Assembly (NCBI GenBank): GCA_965242965.1
Contig: OZ251518.1
Coordinates: forward strand, 2,432,001 to 2,496,000
Source of the DNA: Candidatus Poribacteria bacterium
GTDB taxonomy: Bacteria; Poribacteria; WGA-4E; WGA-3G
Direction: 5' to 3'
Length of the DNA stretch: 64,000 nucleotides
Shown: piece after piece, positions 1-11,787 of the stretch
Layout of the letters: each line of letters opens with the position of its first letter
Numbering within the stretch: position 1 is the first letter of the stretch
Notes under the pieces: model-generated
Told to the model about the DNA's origin: nothing
The model's input: the letters and a program-made list of their open reading frames with translations, nothing else
Database searches by the model: none
Translations under genes and position numbers: made by a program

Positions 1-1
1 C

Positions 2-2551
2 ATTGAAAACGTTGACGCGATGGGGGTTCACACCGGGGATAGCATTACCGTCGCGCCCATCCAAACGCTGACGGACAGGGAATATCAGCAGATGCGGGAT
101 GCCGCCATTAAAATTATCCGAGAAATCGGGGTGGACACGGGCGGCTCGAATATCCAATTCGCTGTGGACCCGCGCACGGGAGAACAAGTGGTAATTGAGA
201 TGAACCCGCGCGTCTCGCGCAGCTCCGCGCTCGCCTCTAAAGCCACCGGGTTCCCTATTGCCAAAATCGCCGCGAAACTCGCTGTCGGTTATACACTTGA
301 CGAAATTCCAAACGACATTACTGCCGAAACACCCGCCTGCTTTGAACCTACGATTGATTACGTCGTCGTCAAAATTCCGCGATGGGCATTCGAGAAATTC
401 CAGGGCACCGACGAAACCTTGACAACACAGATGAAATCTGTCGGCGAGGCGATGTCCATCGGCGGCACTTTCAAGGAGGCACTACAAAAAGGATTGCGTT
501 CGTTAGAAAACGGCTGGCACGGGTTTGACAACCACGCGCTTGAGGAACTCCCGCTCTCCGAACTTTCCAGCAAACTCACCGTGCCGAACGTTGAACGCCT
601 CTTTTACATCAAAACTGCCTTGAAACGCGGGATGAGTCTTGAAGAAATCCACACTTACACCCAGATCGATCCGTTTTTCCTCTACAATCTCAAGGAAATT
701 GTCGATTTTGAACAGGTATTAACCGGCACAGCAGAGGTTACGAACGCGAGGGACAAGCACTCGCGCCACAGTGAATACGATGAATACGATGTCAATCTTC
801 TCCGGCGCGCCAAAAAGTTTGGATTTTCCGACCGGCAACTCGCCGACATCTACGACAGCGCAGAAAATGAAATCCGTGACATCCGCAAACGGCTAGGCGT
901 GGAGGCCACCTTCAAGACTGTGGATACTTGCGCCGCCGAGTTTGAGGCAGAAACGCCTTACTACTACTCAACCTGCGCCAGCGAAGACGAGGTGCGTCCT
1001 ACCGACACACCGAAAATCATGATTCTCGGTGGCGGCCCCAACCGCATCGGACAAGGCATTGAGTTTGACTACTGCTGCGTCCACGCCGCGATGGCACTCA
1101 AGGCGGACGGCTACGAGACTATCATGGTAAACAGCAACCCCGAAACCGTCAGCACCGATTACGATACGTCAGACCGGCTCTACTTTGAGCCCCTCACGTG
1201 TGAAGATGTGCTGAATATCTACGACAAGGAGAAACCGCGCGGTGTCATCGTTCAGTTTGGCGGACAGACACCGCTGAACCTCGCGATGGCACTGAAAACC
1301 GCCGGGGTGCCGATAATCGGGACAAGCCCAGAAGACATTGCGCGTTCGGAAGACAGGCAGCTTTTTAAAGAGGTGCTAGATACCATCGGGCTGAAACAGC
1401 CGCCGAACGGGACAGCGACATCAAGTGAGGAAGCCGCGCCCATCGCCGCCGCCCTCGGCTACCCTGTCATCGTTCGGCCTTCGTATGTGCTAGGCGGCCG
1501 CGCGATGCAGATTGTTTATGACGAAAAACTGCTTCAGGCGTATATGGACTCCGCCGTGCAAGCCTCACCGGAACATCCTGTCCTAATTGATAAGTTCTTG
1601 GAGGACGCAATCGAGGTGGATGTCGATGCCATCGCCGATGGAAACCGCACTGTCATCGGCGGCGTGATGGAGCATATTGAGGAGGCGGGTGTCCATTCCG
1701 GCGATAGTGACTGCGTGCTGCCACCCCATACTCTCGTCGATGAGCAGATTCTGCAACTCAAGGAGTATACCTACTCCCTAGCGAAGGCACTCCGCGTGTG
1801 TGGCTTGATGAACGTGCAGTATGCAATTAAGAACGATGAGATTTACGTTTTAGAGGTGAATCCTCGTGCATCACGCACCATACCGTTCGTGAGCAAGGCA
1901 ATCGGCGTGCCGTTGGCGAAACTGGCGGCGCGCGTGATGGCGGGCAAAACGTTAGACGCACTCGGCTTCACGCAAGAAATCGAACCGACTTATTTCAGCG
2001 TGAAGGCACCTGTCTTCCCCTTCAACCGCTTCCCTGGTGCGAACTCACGCCTTGGACCGGAGATGAAATCCACCGGCGAAGTGATGGGCATCGATACCGA
2101 TGTCTCGCGCGCGTTCGCGAAGGCACAAAAGGCGTGCGGCTATACGCTACCGCTCACCGGCAAGGTGTTTATCAGCGTGCGGAATAAGGACAAGCGCGCG
2201 ATTATTTTCATCGCCAAAAGGTTATATGACATGGGGTTTGAGCTCATCGCGACGCACGGCACGGCGAAGGTGCTACTCCGCAACGGCATGGCCGCCGAGC
2301 TCGTCTACAGCATCGGCAAAGGCAGGCCGACGATTCACGACTATATCAAGAACCACGCCGTCGCGCTCATCATCAACACGCCGACCGGGGATTTGCATCG
2401 GCCGAACGAACTGCTCATCCGGCAGATGGCGATAGAACACGACATCCCGATTTTTTCCACCGTCCCCGGCGCAGCGGCGGCGGTAAACGCGATTGATGCC
2501 CTGCAACGCGGCGACATCTCCGTCTCACCGCTGCAGGATTATTATACATAA
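2..2551 (+). CDS. carB: Carbamoyl-phosphate synthase large subunit (5'-partial, begins upstream of window)
   Basis: [57 protein letters not shown] and C-terminal MGS domain. Confidence 0.98.
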   Translation: MENVDAMGVHTGDSITVAPIQTLTDREYQQMRDAAIKIIREIGVDTGGSNIQFAVDPRTGEQVVIEMNPRVSRSSALASKATGFPIAKIAAKLAVGYTLDEIPNDITAETPACFEPTIDYVVVKIPRWAFEKFQGTDETLTTQMKSVGEAMSIGGTFKEALQKGLRSLENGWHGFDNHALEELPLSELSSKLTVPNVERLFYIKTALKRGMSLEEIHTYTQIDPFFLYNLKEIVDFEQVLTGTAEVTNARDKHSRHSEYDEYDVNLLRRAKKFGFSDRQLADIYDSAENEIRDIRKRLGVEATFKTVDTCAAEFEAETPYYYSTCASEDEVRPTDTPKIMILGGGPNRIGQGIEFDYCCVHAAMALKADGYETIMVNSNPETVSTDYDTSDRLYFEPLTCEDVLNIYDKEKPRGVIVQFGGQTPLNLAMALKTAGVPIIGTSPEDIARSEDRQLFKEVLDTIGLKQPPNGTATSSEEAAPIAAALGYPVIVRPSYVLGGRAMQIVYDEKLLQAYMDSAVQASPEHPVLIDKFLEDAIEVDVDAIADGNRTVIGGVMEHIEEAGVHSGDSDCVLPPHTLVDEQILQLKEYTYSLAKALRVCGLMNVQYAIKNDEIYVLEVNPRASRTIPFVSKAIGVPLAKLAARVMAGKTLDALGFTQEIEPTYFSVKAPVFPFNRFPGANSRLGPEMKSTGEVMGIDTDVSRAFAKAQKACGYTLPLTGKVFISVRNKDKRAIIFIAKRLYDMGFELIATHGTAKVLLRNGMAAELVYSIGKGRPTIHDYIKNHAVALIINTPTGDLHRPNELLIRQMAIEHDIPIFSTVPGAAAAVNAIDALQRGDISVSPLQDYYT

Positions 2552-2614
2552 AACGGCTGTGGCATAGCGGTTGATAGAGGCAGCCGCTATGACGATTTAA
2601 CTGACGATTTAACT

Positions 2615-2942
2615 GAGGGGGTTTCATATCTCAATGTCTTCCCGGTAGGCGAGACCTCCCGGTCTCGATGCCCACCGTATCGGGACAAGGATGTCCCTCC
2701 TACCGTAAGGCATCGGGCTCACCTCTGTAGTTCGGGAGTGCCTGCTCCCGAACGGGTCAGGATCAGGCGATCCTGACCTACAGGAGTGATGCAGTCTGAT
2801 AGCAAAACGCATGGCGAGGGGAACCCGCTCGCAGGCGCGTGTGGCATGCGAGGGCCCACGCCCTACGTAAAGGGGAGGCGTTTTTTTCATCGTATCGCGG
2901 GGGCATGTCCCCGCGACGTTGAGCGATTTATGAAACACCCTC
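2615..2942. mobile_element. MITE-like element with TIRs enclosing REP hairpins
   Basis: GAGGGGGTTTCATA...TATGAAACACCCTC ends; flanked by direct repeat ATTTAACT (2607-2614 and 2943-2950). Confidence 0.75.
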
Positions 2943-3024
2943 ATTTAACTGACGATTCAAAGGTTGCGCGGACAACGCGCGCCTACCGGCAGAGGCCGCG
3001 AATCATACCGAGAGGAATACGAAC

Positions 3025-3831
3025 ATGGCAAACGATACAAGTCTCGAAAGAAATACCCGCTGGGTCCAAGCACTTGACAGGATTCTGGAAGTGCTAAACC
3101 TTGACGTTGAACACCCGATCCGATTTTTGCAGATTGAAGATGGCCGGGAGGTAGTTATCGTCCAACCGAACGCCTTCACCGTCTCGCGCGTTTACGCGAC
3201 GGGCCGTCCCGATGGCCTCTGTCCGCACGGCGAAGATTCCTACTACGACTACTTTTGCGCGAAGTTGGCGGCGCACGAAGAAGAACACGGCACCGATGAA
3301 GGGTTTGAACTAGCCGACGAAGAATGGCAGACCCTCTTCGAGGAGTCCTTCTTCCGGTATAACCGCTATCTGCTGTTCGCGGGCATTAAACGGTGGGAGG
3401 ATGTCAAGCGCGACACCGATACCAACATCGCCGCGACGATGATGGCGCGCACCTACGCGCCACCCGAAATCGCTTGGCAGAGCTATCAGTATAAAGGCTA
3501 CATGCTGATGATGAATAGCATCGCCCAGGCCGAGTTAAGTCTGCAACAGGACAACACGGCGGAGGCGTTGCGGCACATTGACCTGGGTATCCAGAAAATG
3601 GGCGAATTCTGCGGCGAATGCCTGCGCGAGGAGCACCCCGATGCCGAAAACGTCACCCGCGAACGCTACCTCAGCAACCTGCTGGAATACCGCGCTGATC
3701 TTGAGTCACTCAGCGCGGGCGAAAACCCCGAAAATCGGGAACCCGAAACCGAGGACACCGAAATCGATAGCGATAGCGATGAGGCTGACATTTTGGCGGA
3801 GTTAGAACGTCTCCTCAGCGAAGACGATTAG
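3025..3831 (+). CDS. Conserved hypothetical protein, resembling the planctomycete UvrB/UvrC-motif-associated family, with an acidic tail
   Basis: 268 aa ORF with RBS (GAGG); GRPDGxxPHG motif recalled from that family. Confidence 0.6.
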   Translation: MANDTSLERNTRWVQALDRILEVLNLDVEHPIRFLQIEDGREVVIVQPNAFTVSRVYATGRPDGLCPHGEDSYYDYFCAKLAAHEEEHGTDEGFELADEEWQTLFEESFFRYNRYLLFAGIKRWEDVKRDTDTNIAATMMARTYAPPEIAWQSYQYKGYMLMMNSIAQAELSLQQDNTAEALRHIDLGIQKMGEFCGECLREEHPDAENVTRERYLSNLLEYRADLESLSAGENPENREPETEDTEIDSDSDEADILAELERLLSEDD

Positions 3832-3841
3832 TTTCCTTCCA

Positions 3842-4260
3842 GTAGGAGAGACCTCTGGTCACGATGGCTCCGGTCTGTTTGCGATCAGGCGATCGCAAAC
3901 TACAGAGAGTAGGAGAGACCGCCCGGTCTTGATGTTTTTGGTCCGTTTGCGATCAGGCGATCGCAAACTACAGATGTTAGTTCCCCGTAGGCGAGACCTC
4001 GCGGTCTCGATGCACCCGGTAGGAGAGACCTCTGGTCACGATGGCTCCGGTCTGTTTGCGATCAGGCGATCGCAAACTACAGAGAGTAGGAGAGACCGCC
4101 CGGTCTCGATTGCCCCCAGTAGGAGAGACCTCCCGGTCTCGATGGCTCCGGTTTGCGATGGGGCGAGCGCAAACTACAGAGAGAGGAGGTCCCGATGCAG
4201 TTTGCGAGCCCCCCAGGCGCGATTATCCCATGTAAGAGAGACCTCCTGGTCTCGATTCCA
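3842..4260. repeat. Cluster of GTAG-type REP-like palindromes
   Basis: Repeated GTAGGAGAGACC..GGTCTCGAT and TTTGCGATCAGGCGATCGCAAACTAC units between convergent genes. Confidence 0.85.
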
Positions 4261-4268
4261 ATCGCGGC

Positions 4269-4937
4269 TCATAAGTTAATCGAACTGAACCAATCCTCAT
4301 CGTCTACCTGCGTTGCTCGCAAGAGGATGCCACCGAGAAAAATGAACGCGATGCCTCGGAAAATCAGGTGCAGCTGAATACCCAATCCGAGCCATACGCC
4401 GAGAGGGAAGGCAATTGCACAGAGTAGGAAAAGACACGCGGCGATGATATTCCCCCACTCGCGCAGCGCGAGCCCGTAGCAGAATGCCGTTAAAGCGCAG
4501 AGGAAGGTGCCTGTCATCAGGAGTGCCTCAGCCCATTCTTCCCAGAGGCCGCCGAGTGCCTTTCCGATGGCTTGGGTTTCCGGGTCCGCCATGAAGTCCG
4601 CTAAGGTTTGGAGGGGTGCCGTCAGCGCGCAGTGCCCGGTGAGCTCAACGACAATCCAGAGCAGCCCGAACAGCGCGCCCAAAAGACTCCGGGTCTTCGC
4701 TTCGGAACGGAGGAGCACGTAACTCGCCACCACCGCCGGCACCAGCAAAATCTGCGTTACCACACCGATGCCGTGCAGCACGCCGAGGCTGCTATCCGGC
4801 GGCTGTCCCGCCTCACCAGAGAGAAAACCGGATGTGCCGCTAAAGAGAACCCAACAACCGGAGAGCACCACGAGGATCCCACCCAAAATACTGGTAACAC
4901 TGCCGAGAGTATACAAGGGATTTCGTTTATTATCCAT
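4269..4937 (-). CDS. Integral membrane protein (DUF4386-like)
   Basis: Multiple hydrophobic helices; AGGAAGG RBS upstream. Confidence 0.65.
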   Translation of the reverse strand: MDNKRNPLYTLGSVTSILGGILVVLSGCWVLFSGTSGFLSGEAGQPPDSSLGVLHGIGVVTQILLVPAVVASYVLLRSEAKTRSLLGALFGLLWIVVELTGHCALTAPLQTLADFMADPETQAIGKALGGLWEEWAEALLMTGTFLCALTAFCYGLALREWGNIIAACLFLLCAIAFPLGVWLGLGIQLHLIFRGIAFIFLGGILLRATQVDDEDWFSSINL

Positions 4938-5199
4938 CAATTACCTTCCTTCCTTATGAACCGCGATTGTCCTAACCTGCCATTCCAAGTTCTTCGCATT
5001 GAAATTGCGGTAAGGCAAATGCAATTGCTCCTGTCCTATTTGAGCATGCCTATCAAGGCGTATAGAAAATTTGTGTGATAGTTATGCGCGATGTTCGCGC
5101 AAAACTGCTATAATACCGAAAGTTTACATCAATTCGCAATTTTAAGCAAGTTTTTTTGTAAATTTCCATTTTTAAAGGATATGAATTTCACAAGTTAAC

Positions 5200-5858
5200 C
5201 GGTAGGAGAGACCTCCTGGTCTCGATTTCTACCGCCCGGTTTTGATACGGTGCAGGCAGCAACCCGCCGCTTTCACCGTAGGGCGAGGGCCTGTCCCTCG
5301 CTATGCAACTGATGAGAGATGGCTGCTGCCTTTAGGTCTGTAGGACCTAAATGTCTATAGCTCCTCGCAACGCGAAGACTCTTAAGGTCTGTAGGACCTT
5401 AATATGCATCCGCACCGCGTGGCTAGCAGCCTATTAAGGTCCTAACGGACCTTGAAAACGGGCCGACACGTGTTGCTATAGACATGCAGGACCTAAAGGA
5501 CCTGAAGAGCCGTCTTTGCAAAATCGCTTTCGCCGCTGCGAATGAACACCGCCGTTTTACCGTAGCGCGTGGGCCCTCGGATGCCATCCGCGCATCCGAG
5601 CGGGTTTCCCCCGCGATCGGTGCATGGCGAGGGACAGGCCCTCGCCCTACGGTAAAGGGGGGCGTGCTGAGGCCATCGCGTGGCCGTTTGCGATCTGGCG
5701 ATCGCAAACTACAGACAGAAAAAGCGACCGTTCTGGATACCGTAGCGCGGGGCCCCTCGGATGCCATCCGCGCATCCGAGGGGCCCCGCGCTACGGTGAA
5801 AATCGAAACCAGGAGGGCTCTCCTACCGGGAAGCCATCGATTTATGAAACCCCCTCAC
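5200..5858. repeat. REP-like mosaic, including the GGTCCT/AGGACC palindrome family, ending in a MITE-type TIR
   Basis: GTAGGGCGAGGGCCTGTCCCTCGC and GTAGCGCGGGG units; TTATGAAACCCCCTC near 5842. Confidence 0.8.
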
Positions 5859-5941
5859 TCAACACCCAGAAAAAACTGGACATATCCCAACTGAATACGC
5901 TATAATATATCTATCATCATGAAACGAGGGCAATCAAAAAA

Positions 5942-7372
5942 ATGAACGCACAAAAAACCGTGCTGATAGTCGATGCAGACCGGCGGCAGCGCGACCGGAT
6001 TTGCCAAACGCTCAGTGGACAAGGCCTCCGCCTGATTGTCAAAGACAATATGTATCAGGCGTTTCACCAGATCGAATATCAGAAGATAGATGTCCTCATC
6101 GCCCCGCTGAAGGCAGAACGGATTGACGGCTCGGCACTCTTGGAAGCCGCGGCGCAGCAGCATCCGGATGTCGGTATCATTTTCATTACCGCGCCGAATG
6201 TGTTGGAGACTGACATCGGCATCAAGGCGATGACCGCGCATGAAGGCACCTATTTTCTCCCGAAGCCTGTCAACCCTGTCCATCTGAAGGCACTGCTACA
6301 GCGCACGCTTCAAATTCAGCAGCTGGCGTTTGAAAACCGGCAGTTGCAATCGCAAATCGACGAGAAGGAAGGCTTACGCCGCATGACAGGACAATCGCCG
6401 CAAATGACACGCGTGCGCGAGATGATTACCCAGATCGCGCCGACAAGGGCGACGGTGATGATATACGGTGCGCGCGGCACCGGCAAGGAACTCGTCGCCC
6501 GGGCGGTGCATCATCGCAGCCTGCGGCGCGGCTCCCTCATCGCCTTTAACTGCGCGACGCTCAACGAAAACCTCGCCGAATCGGAACTCTTCGGACACGA
6601 ACGCGGCTCGTTTAGCGGCGCGTATAACCAACGGAAGGGACGGTTTGAACTCGCGCACGGCGGAACGCTGTTCCTTGACGAAGTCTCGAAACTGAGTATA
6701 TCCAATCAGGCGCGCCTGCTGCGCGTCCTCGAAGAACGCGAATTTGAACGCGTCGGCGGCTCAAAGACTATCAAAGTTGACGTCCGCGTCGTTTGTGCAA
6801 CGAATAGCGACTTGGAACTCGCTTGTCAAGAGGGGTATTTCCTCCCAGACCTTTATGACAGGCTCAACGTTATCCCTATCCATTTGCCGACGCTACATGA
6901 ACGGATAGAGGATATCCCACTGTTAGTCAAAGATTTTCTTGAGGAATTTTGCCGCGAAAATAAGAAACAGCGGATAACCCTCTCACCGGCGGCAATCCGA
7001 ACTTTGATGAAATACGAGTGGCCCGGCAACGTGCGCGAGCTGAAAAATTGCATCGAGGGACTCGTCGTCATGTCCACGCATACCCGCTTGGAACAGGCTG
7101 ACCTGCCGGAACGTATCCTCAAGGCGGCTGGCGTGATGATGTCAAACATCGTTTCGGTCCCGACGCTGCGCACGGCAGCACCATCGGACACCGTCGGCCC
7201 GCCGAGTCTCAACGTAGAAATCGGCATGTCAATGGACGAGATTCATCAGGAAGTGCTGCGCGCCACGCTGGAGTATGTTGATAACAACAAAGCGAAGGCG
7301 GCGAAAATCCTCCAAATCAGCCGACGCACCATTCAACGGAAGGCGAAAGAATATGGACTCTGCAACAATTAG
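5942..7372 (+). CDS. Sigma-54-dependent transcriptional regulator (NtrC/AtoC family: receiver-AAA+-Fis HTH)
   Basis: GARGTGKE Walker [32 protein letters not shown]-terminal [15 protein letters not shown]. Confidence 0.93.
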   Translation: MNAQKTVLIVDADRRQRDRICQTLSGQGLRLIVKDNMYQAFHQIEYQKIDVLIAPLKAERIDGSALLEAAAQQHPDVGIIFITAPNVLETDIGIKAMTAHEGTYFLPKPVNPVHLKALLQRTLQIQQLAFENRQLQSQIDEKEGLRRMTGQSPQMTRVREMITQIAPTRATVMIYGARGTGKELVARAVHHRSLRRGSLIAFNCATLNENLAESELFGHERGSFSGAYNQRKGRFELAHGGTLFLDEVSKLSISNQARLLRVLEEREFERVGGSKTIKVDVRVVCATNSDLELACQEGYFLPDLYDRLNVIPIHLPTLHERIEDIPLLVKDFLEEFCRENKKQRITLSPAAIRTLMKYEWPGNVRELKNCIEGLVVMSTHTRLEQADLPERILKAAGVMMSNIVSVPTLRTAAPSDTVGPPSLNVEIGMSMDEIHQEVLRATLEYVDNNKAKAAKILQISRRTIQRKAKEYGLCNN

Positions 7373-7955
7373 CGCGAAGCGAACAAATCCCATAATTCCG
7401 GCATCCGTTTTCGGATTTCACGTGCAAGCCGGTGGCGGTGCTGCGGATTCAGCCGGCTTTCCGCTTCAACTTGCGGATATCTTCGGCCCCATTTTGGGAG
7501 TGCTGCTGCCGACGCTTATCCTCGTTACCGTTGCGATAGTCGTCTATGGCCGGATTCGGCGCAGCAACCCAAAACCGGAAACGCCGCGTCCTGCGGCGCG
7601 CGCACCTCAACCCCGGCGGGGAGATACGCCCGAGGCGCGAGCATTGGAGGCGTTGGATTTTGCCCTTTACAACCGCGCCGAGCCCACAATTCGCGAATAC
7701 TACGCCAGCATCGCGTGTCTGATCCTGCAGTATCTCAGCGATAAATACCAGATTAAGGTGCATGAAGCGACAACGACGCAGATTCTCGCCGATGTCGCCG
7801 ATGCGCTGCCGGCGAACCAGATCGACTATGTCGGCGAAATTCTCCACACGTGTGATATGGTGCAGTTTACCCCGCATCATCCGACGCGTTCGGAACAAGA
7901 CGACATTTATGAAACGGCGCGGGATTTTCTGGAGGGGCAGGCGAAGGGTTTATAG
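7353..7955 (+). CDS. Membrane-anchored hypothetical protein (BatD/DUF4381-like)
   Basis: One TM helix followed by EARALEAL..YYASI..YL..KY..EATTxQI..CDMVQF pattern; overlaps upstream stop. Confidence 0.55.
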   Translation: MDSATISAKRTNPIIPASVFGFHVQAGGGAADSAGFPLQLADIFGPILGVLLPTLILVTVAIVVYGRIRRSNPKPETPRPAARAPQPRRGDTPEARALEALDFALYNRAEPTIREYYASIACLILQYLSDKYQIKVHEATTTQILADVADALPANQIDYVGEILHTCDMVQFTPHHPTRSEQDDIYETARDFLEGQAKGL

Positions 7956-7986
7956 CCACACTTCGCGGGAAGCACGTTCAGTTAAC

Positions 7987-8016
7987 TTGACAAGCATTTT
8001 TGAAATATGTTATCAT
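7987..8016 (+). promoter_or_regulatory. Sigma70-type promoter
   Basis: TTGACA at 7987 and TG-extended TATCAT. Confidence 0.55.
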
Positions 8017-8020
8017 AATT

Positions 8021-8286
8021 GAGGAGGTTTCATAAATCGCTCAACGTCGCGGTGATATGCCCCGCGCTACGGTAAAAAAACGCCGCCCCTTCACGTAGGG
8101 CGAGGGTCTGTCCCTCGCCATGCGTTTTGGTGTCAGACCGCCTCACGCCTGTAGTTCAGGATCGCCTGATCCTGACCCGTTCGAGATCGGGCGATCTCGA
8201 ACTACAGAGGTGGGCCCGATGCCTGCCGGTATTCGCCCTCCCTCCAAGGCGGGATAACTACCGAAACGGAGTTATGAAACACCCTC
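8021..8286. mobile_element. MITE-like element with REP cargo
   Basis: GAGGAGGTTTCATAA...TTATGAAACACCCTC; imperfect flanking ATAATT duplication. Confidence 0.65.
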
Positions 8287-8389
8287 GTATAATTAGCGTA
8301 GTTTCTAACGCGTGCGGTGTCAATCCACATAATGGAATTTGAATGGGAGAAAAACAGAGCGGCAGTGTATCGAGAAGGCGGTGACATCA

Positions 8390-8611
8390 ATGCAGGATGA
8401 ACTTCGGCCTGAGTATGATTTGAAAAACATGCAGGTTAGGAAGGTAGGACCCGGGCGAAAGTATTTCGCAGGGAACCCCGTCATCTACCTAGAACCCGAT
8501 GTTGCGGCGGTATTTCCAGACGCTGCGGCTGTGAACGAGGCACTGCGGTTTCTGATGCGCGTCAGCAAGGAAAATCAGGCAGGATTGCCTCGCGTGAGTA
8601 GCGATGCCTGA
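8390..8611 (+). CDS. Small BrnA-like antitoxin family protein
   Basis: DELRPEYD...LEPDVAAVFPDAAAVNEALR pattern typical of antitoxins paired with BrnT-like toxins. Confidence 0.65.
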   Translation: MQDELRPEYDLKNMQVRKVGPGRKYFAGNPVIYLEPDVAAVFPDAAAVNEALRFLMRVSKENQAGLPRVSSDA

Positions 8612-8626
8612 ATCGTAACATTCTTC

Positions 8627-8655
8627 TTGACATTTTGATGCAAGCATGTTATCAT
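8627..8655 (+). promoter_or_regulatory. Sigma70-type promoter upstream of the GIY-YIG/DGQHR pair
   Basis: TTGACA-17bp-TATCAT with TG extension. Confidence 0.65.
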
Positions 8656-8677
8656 TAAAATGTCACTAGAGAACTCC

Positions 8678-8781
8678 GTTCACATGGAGTCAGGGTGAAA
8701 GTTTAGAGGAGCTCTCATAGTCCAAACGGATAGAGCAAATTAAGGCACGCGCGCAGAAGGCATCTGATTTGTCATAAGTGA
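8678..8781 (+). pseudogene. Relic copy of the 3' end of the PAPS-reductase (sspD-like) gene
   Basis: Near-identical to 16406-16489, joined to 16580-16598; encodes FTWSQGESLEELS* and ends ...ICHK-stop. Confidence 0.85.
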
Positions 8782-8791
8782 AGGTGTTTAC

Positions 8792-9415
8792 GTGAAAATA
8801 GCTGAGTTTCAAGGAAGCGAAATAGTGGAGGTCCCGAAACACTCCGGTATTTACGCGTGGTATTATCGCCCACAAGCATCTGGAAACAACGTCTCTGGCA
8901 TCCTAGGACAGTTGATAAAGACTCCCTTTCGCGTGAAGACCGAAATTGCTATGCGATATCGGGTAATCTGGACAGCGGAGTCCGAAGCCGAGGTTCTCCA
9001 CGGTGCCGAACTCCACCCTGCAGACCAGGTTGTGGCAAAGATAGTTACCGATGGCGGCGAACTCATCAAATCCTTGCTTCAACAGGCGATGGTGCCTTAC
9101 TTTGCAACACCTCTCTATATCGGAATTTCCCGAGACTTATCTCGGCGGGTGAAGGAACACTACGATTCCTTGACGCAGCTCTGGGAAACAGATGCACCCG
9201 TAAGCAATTATCTTGAACAGAATCCCGATGCAGCGGTCGAAGAGGTTCTGAATCAGTTTGATTTAAACCATTCATTTCCGCTCAACGCAAGAGTCAAAGG
9301 AATAGCCCCGAGCGATCTGGTAGTCTGTGTTTTTCCTGTTGAGGATCAGGAAAAACTGCGAGACTTAGAACAAATTCTTCAGATTCTCGCCGATCCAATT
9401 TGTGGTAGGAGATAA
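8792..9415 (+). CDS. GIY-YIG-like nuclease with widely spaced motifs
   Basis: PKHSGIYAWY...PLYIGISRDLSRRVKEH...DLEQIL. Confidence 0.7.
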   Translation: MKIAEFQGSEIVEVPKHSGIYAWYYRPQASGNNVSGILGQLIKTPFRVKTEIAMRYRVIWTAESEAEVLHGAELHPADQVVAKIVTDGGELIKSLLQQAMVPYFATPLYIGISRDLSRRVKEHYDSLTQLWETDAPVSNYLEQNPDAAVEEVLNQFDLNHSFPLNARVKGIAPSDLVVCVFPVEDQEKLRDLEQILQILADPICGRR

Positions 9416-9419
9416 GCCG

Positions 9420-11717
9420 ATGTCAACCATGTTCAGTGTCGCCAAAAACCCCATTTTCGGATCTTTTGGGGAATTTACAATTGGTGACAACTCAAATACC
9501 CTTCGGGCCAGATACCTTCTCACGAAAATCAGGCCGGGGAACGATGGCACTTGGGAATGCGAGTTGGCATCCCAAATGAAGCCATGGCGCGAAGTCTTCA
9601 ATCTTGAACAGTTGAGTTCCGATGAACTTTTACAACGAGAACTGGACGATTCGCGCGTAGCGCATGACCTCATCCCCTATCTGCTCGGTGAATCCGGAGA
9701 TAGAGCAAAGTTCTTTCCGCCGATTCTCGCCGTAATCGTCCCGCGTAAGCAGGGTGGCTCTGGAATTGAAGGGTTTTATCCGGCTCGGGAGGCTCAAGGC
9801 GCATCGGTTGAGCATTACGGCAATCTGTTTGATTTTGAGCGAATTGAATGGGGAGGTGAACTTACCCCACTCGCGCGTCTCAACTATAATCGGCAACGCG
9901 CCGCGTTCATTATTGTTGACGGCCAACATCGCGCTATGGCTGTGCTCGCTCTGCACAGGCAGTTGAACCAGAACTGGGGAGATAACGCCTTCGCCGCTTA
10001 CTACGAACACATCAAGGTGACACCCGAACAAGTCAAAAGCATTGAATTGCCGACGTGTATCATCTATTTCCCAGAGCTACATGATGGGAATCCGCTGCCG
10101 CGACAACAAGGTATCAATTTAAACTCCGTTTGTCGGGAGGTATTCCTAGTCGTCAACCGAAGTGCCAAACGTGTGAGCGCGGTGCGCGAGTGCTTGCTAG
10201 ACGACGAGGATATCGCCGCACGCCTGATGCGCCGAACCCTCTCAACGCTGAAAAACCGCGGCGAAGAACAGGGTGACTTAGCCCGAATTTATTCAATTTC
10301 TTATGGCGATTCAGACACCGAAACCGGAGAAAAAGAGGTAGCCTCCCGGCGACTTGAATATAGCAGTGCCATTGCGATACATAAGAGCCACAGCGCGATC
10401 GCTTTCGGTGTTAACGAAGGGTTTAAGTTAAAAAATCCTCAGGACATTTCGGAACGGTGTAAAACCAAAAACATCAATCGTCCATCCGAAATCCTACTGG
10501 GAACGAGTGTGGAAGATTACCGAATCCTCGCGCGCAATTCAGGGAAAACACTCCCAACCGCCGAAGTCGACGTAGTCGTCGAAAAACTGGGGAACTTGGC
10601 AGACGCTGCTTTGGTGCGACTTTTCGACCAATTTCGTCCGTTTCAGGTTCATAATGCCGAACTCCGAAAATTGAGACTGCGGCTTTCAGATGTTCATCCT
10701 GATGCTCAGAGCGAACAGAAGAAAGCGTATACGCTGATTTTCGAGGGAAGCGAGGAGCGGAACGTCTTTGACTCACATTTCAGGCGGCTGAGTTATGAAT
10801 GTGAGCGCGAGGGGCAAACAGTCCCACCGCACCTCCTGAATCAGATAGATTTCTGCAAGTCTGTTAAGCAGGCACTCGGCGAGCACGAACGCGAATTCCA
10901 ACGCCGCCGCGCATGCAAATTCTTCGGAATAAACCGCGCCCTATTTGATAGTGACGATCATCGGGAAGACCGCGCATTTCTGAGTAACAAGGCACGAAAA
11001 CTCTTCCTAACCGTGTCAACCCAAGCGTTTCAGTTGGGCTATGCCATGGCGATTTTCACCGTCGTTGAAGAGTTGAAACGCGGGAGACCGGATGCCTCCC
11101 CTTTGCTGTATCACGACAGGCTGAAACTTGTCGAATTCGTGACAGAGGCATATCTCGCTGCGCTCAACACTTACTTTTCCCCCAAGGACGATACGGTTCA
11201 TCAGGGGCTTGCTGGCTACATCTGCGAGCCGCGGGCATCGGTTTTTGATGCAAATTCTCCGGGGCTTCGCGGGCTCTTGGCGATGAGCGTCAATGAACTG
11301 AACGAACGCCAATGGCGATTTTTCCGCTACGCCATTTTAGAGATTGTCCACTCGCCGTTCTGCTGGCATGCTGCTCAGAAAAAAATGAAGCAGATGGACT
11401 GCGAATGGGCACTAACGTGGTATAAAGAATCCATCCCCAAATTGGTGGAGGGTATTCTGTCCGAACGTGCAAAGTATGTTGAGGATGCGCTGGAAGCGGG
11501 CATCAAAAGTCGCGATTTTGAACTGCTGAAAATGCGCACGGAATCTGAAGCGAGAGATGTCGGCAAAAGCGAAGAACGCATCCGGCAACTTGTTGAAAAA
11601 CTTCAGCATTCCCATCGGACCACAGCAAAGCAAAACGCGCTTGACCACCTCAAGGCAAGTTTAGAAACCGTTGAATCCAAATCGGAGATGATCCGACGTT
11701 TACGCGATAACTTTTAG
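9420..11717 (+). CDS. Large DGQHR-domain protein (DndB/ParB-superfamily N-terminus)
   Basis: LQRELD, FFPPILAV, IIVDGQHR, EVFLVVNRSAK motifs; long helical C-terminal region of unknown function. Confidence 0.8.
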   Translation: MSTMFSVAKNPIFGSFGEFTIGDNSNTLRARYLLTKIRPGNDGTWECELASQMKPWREVFNLEQLSSDELLQRELDDSRVAHDLIPYLLGESGDRAKFFPPILAVIVPRKQGGSGIEGFYPAREAQGASVEHYGNLFDFERIEWGGELTPLARLNYNRQRAAFIIVDGQHRAMAVLALHRQLNQNWGDNAFAAYYEHIKVTPEQVKSIELPTCIIYFPELHDGNPLPRQQGINLNSVCREVFLVVNRSAKRVSAVRECLLDDEDIAARLMRRTLSTLKNRGEEQGDLARIYSISYGDSDTETGEKEVASRRLEYSSAIAIHKSHSAIAFGVNEGFKLKNPQDISERCKTKNINRPSEILLGTSVEDYRILARNSGKTLPTAEVDVVVEKLGNLADAALVRLFDQFRPFQVHNAELRKLRLRLSDVHPDAQSEQKKAYTLIFEGSEERNVFDSHFRRLSYECEREGQTVPPHLLNQIDFCKSVKQALGEHEREFQRRRACKFFGINRALFDSDDHREDRAFLSNKARKLFLTVSTQAFQLGYAMAIFTVVEELKRGRPDASPLLYHDRLKLVEFVTEAYLAALNTYFSPKDDTVHQGLAGYICEPRASVFDANSPGLRGLLAMSVNELNERQWRFFRYAILEIVHSPFCWHAAQKKMKQMDCEWALTWYKESIPKLVEGILSERAKYVEDALEAGIKSRDFELLKMRTESEARDVGKSEERIRQLVEKLQHSHRTTAKQNALDHLKASLETVESKSEMIRRLRDNF

Positions 11718-11787
11718 ATGCCTGTCTTCGCGCAGCTCCTATAACTTGACAAGCACTTTTGAAAATGGCAATTTTACTGGAAGTATC

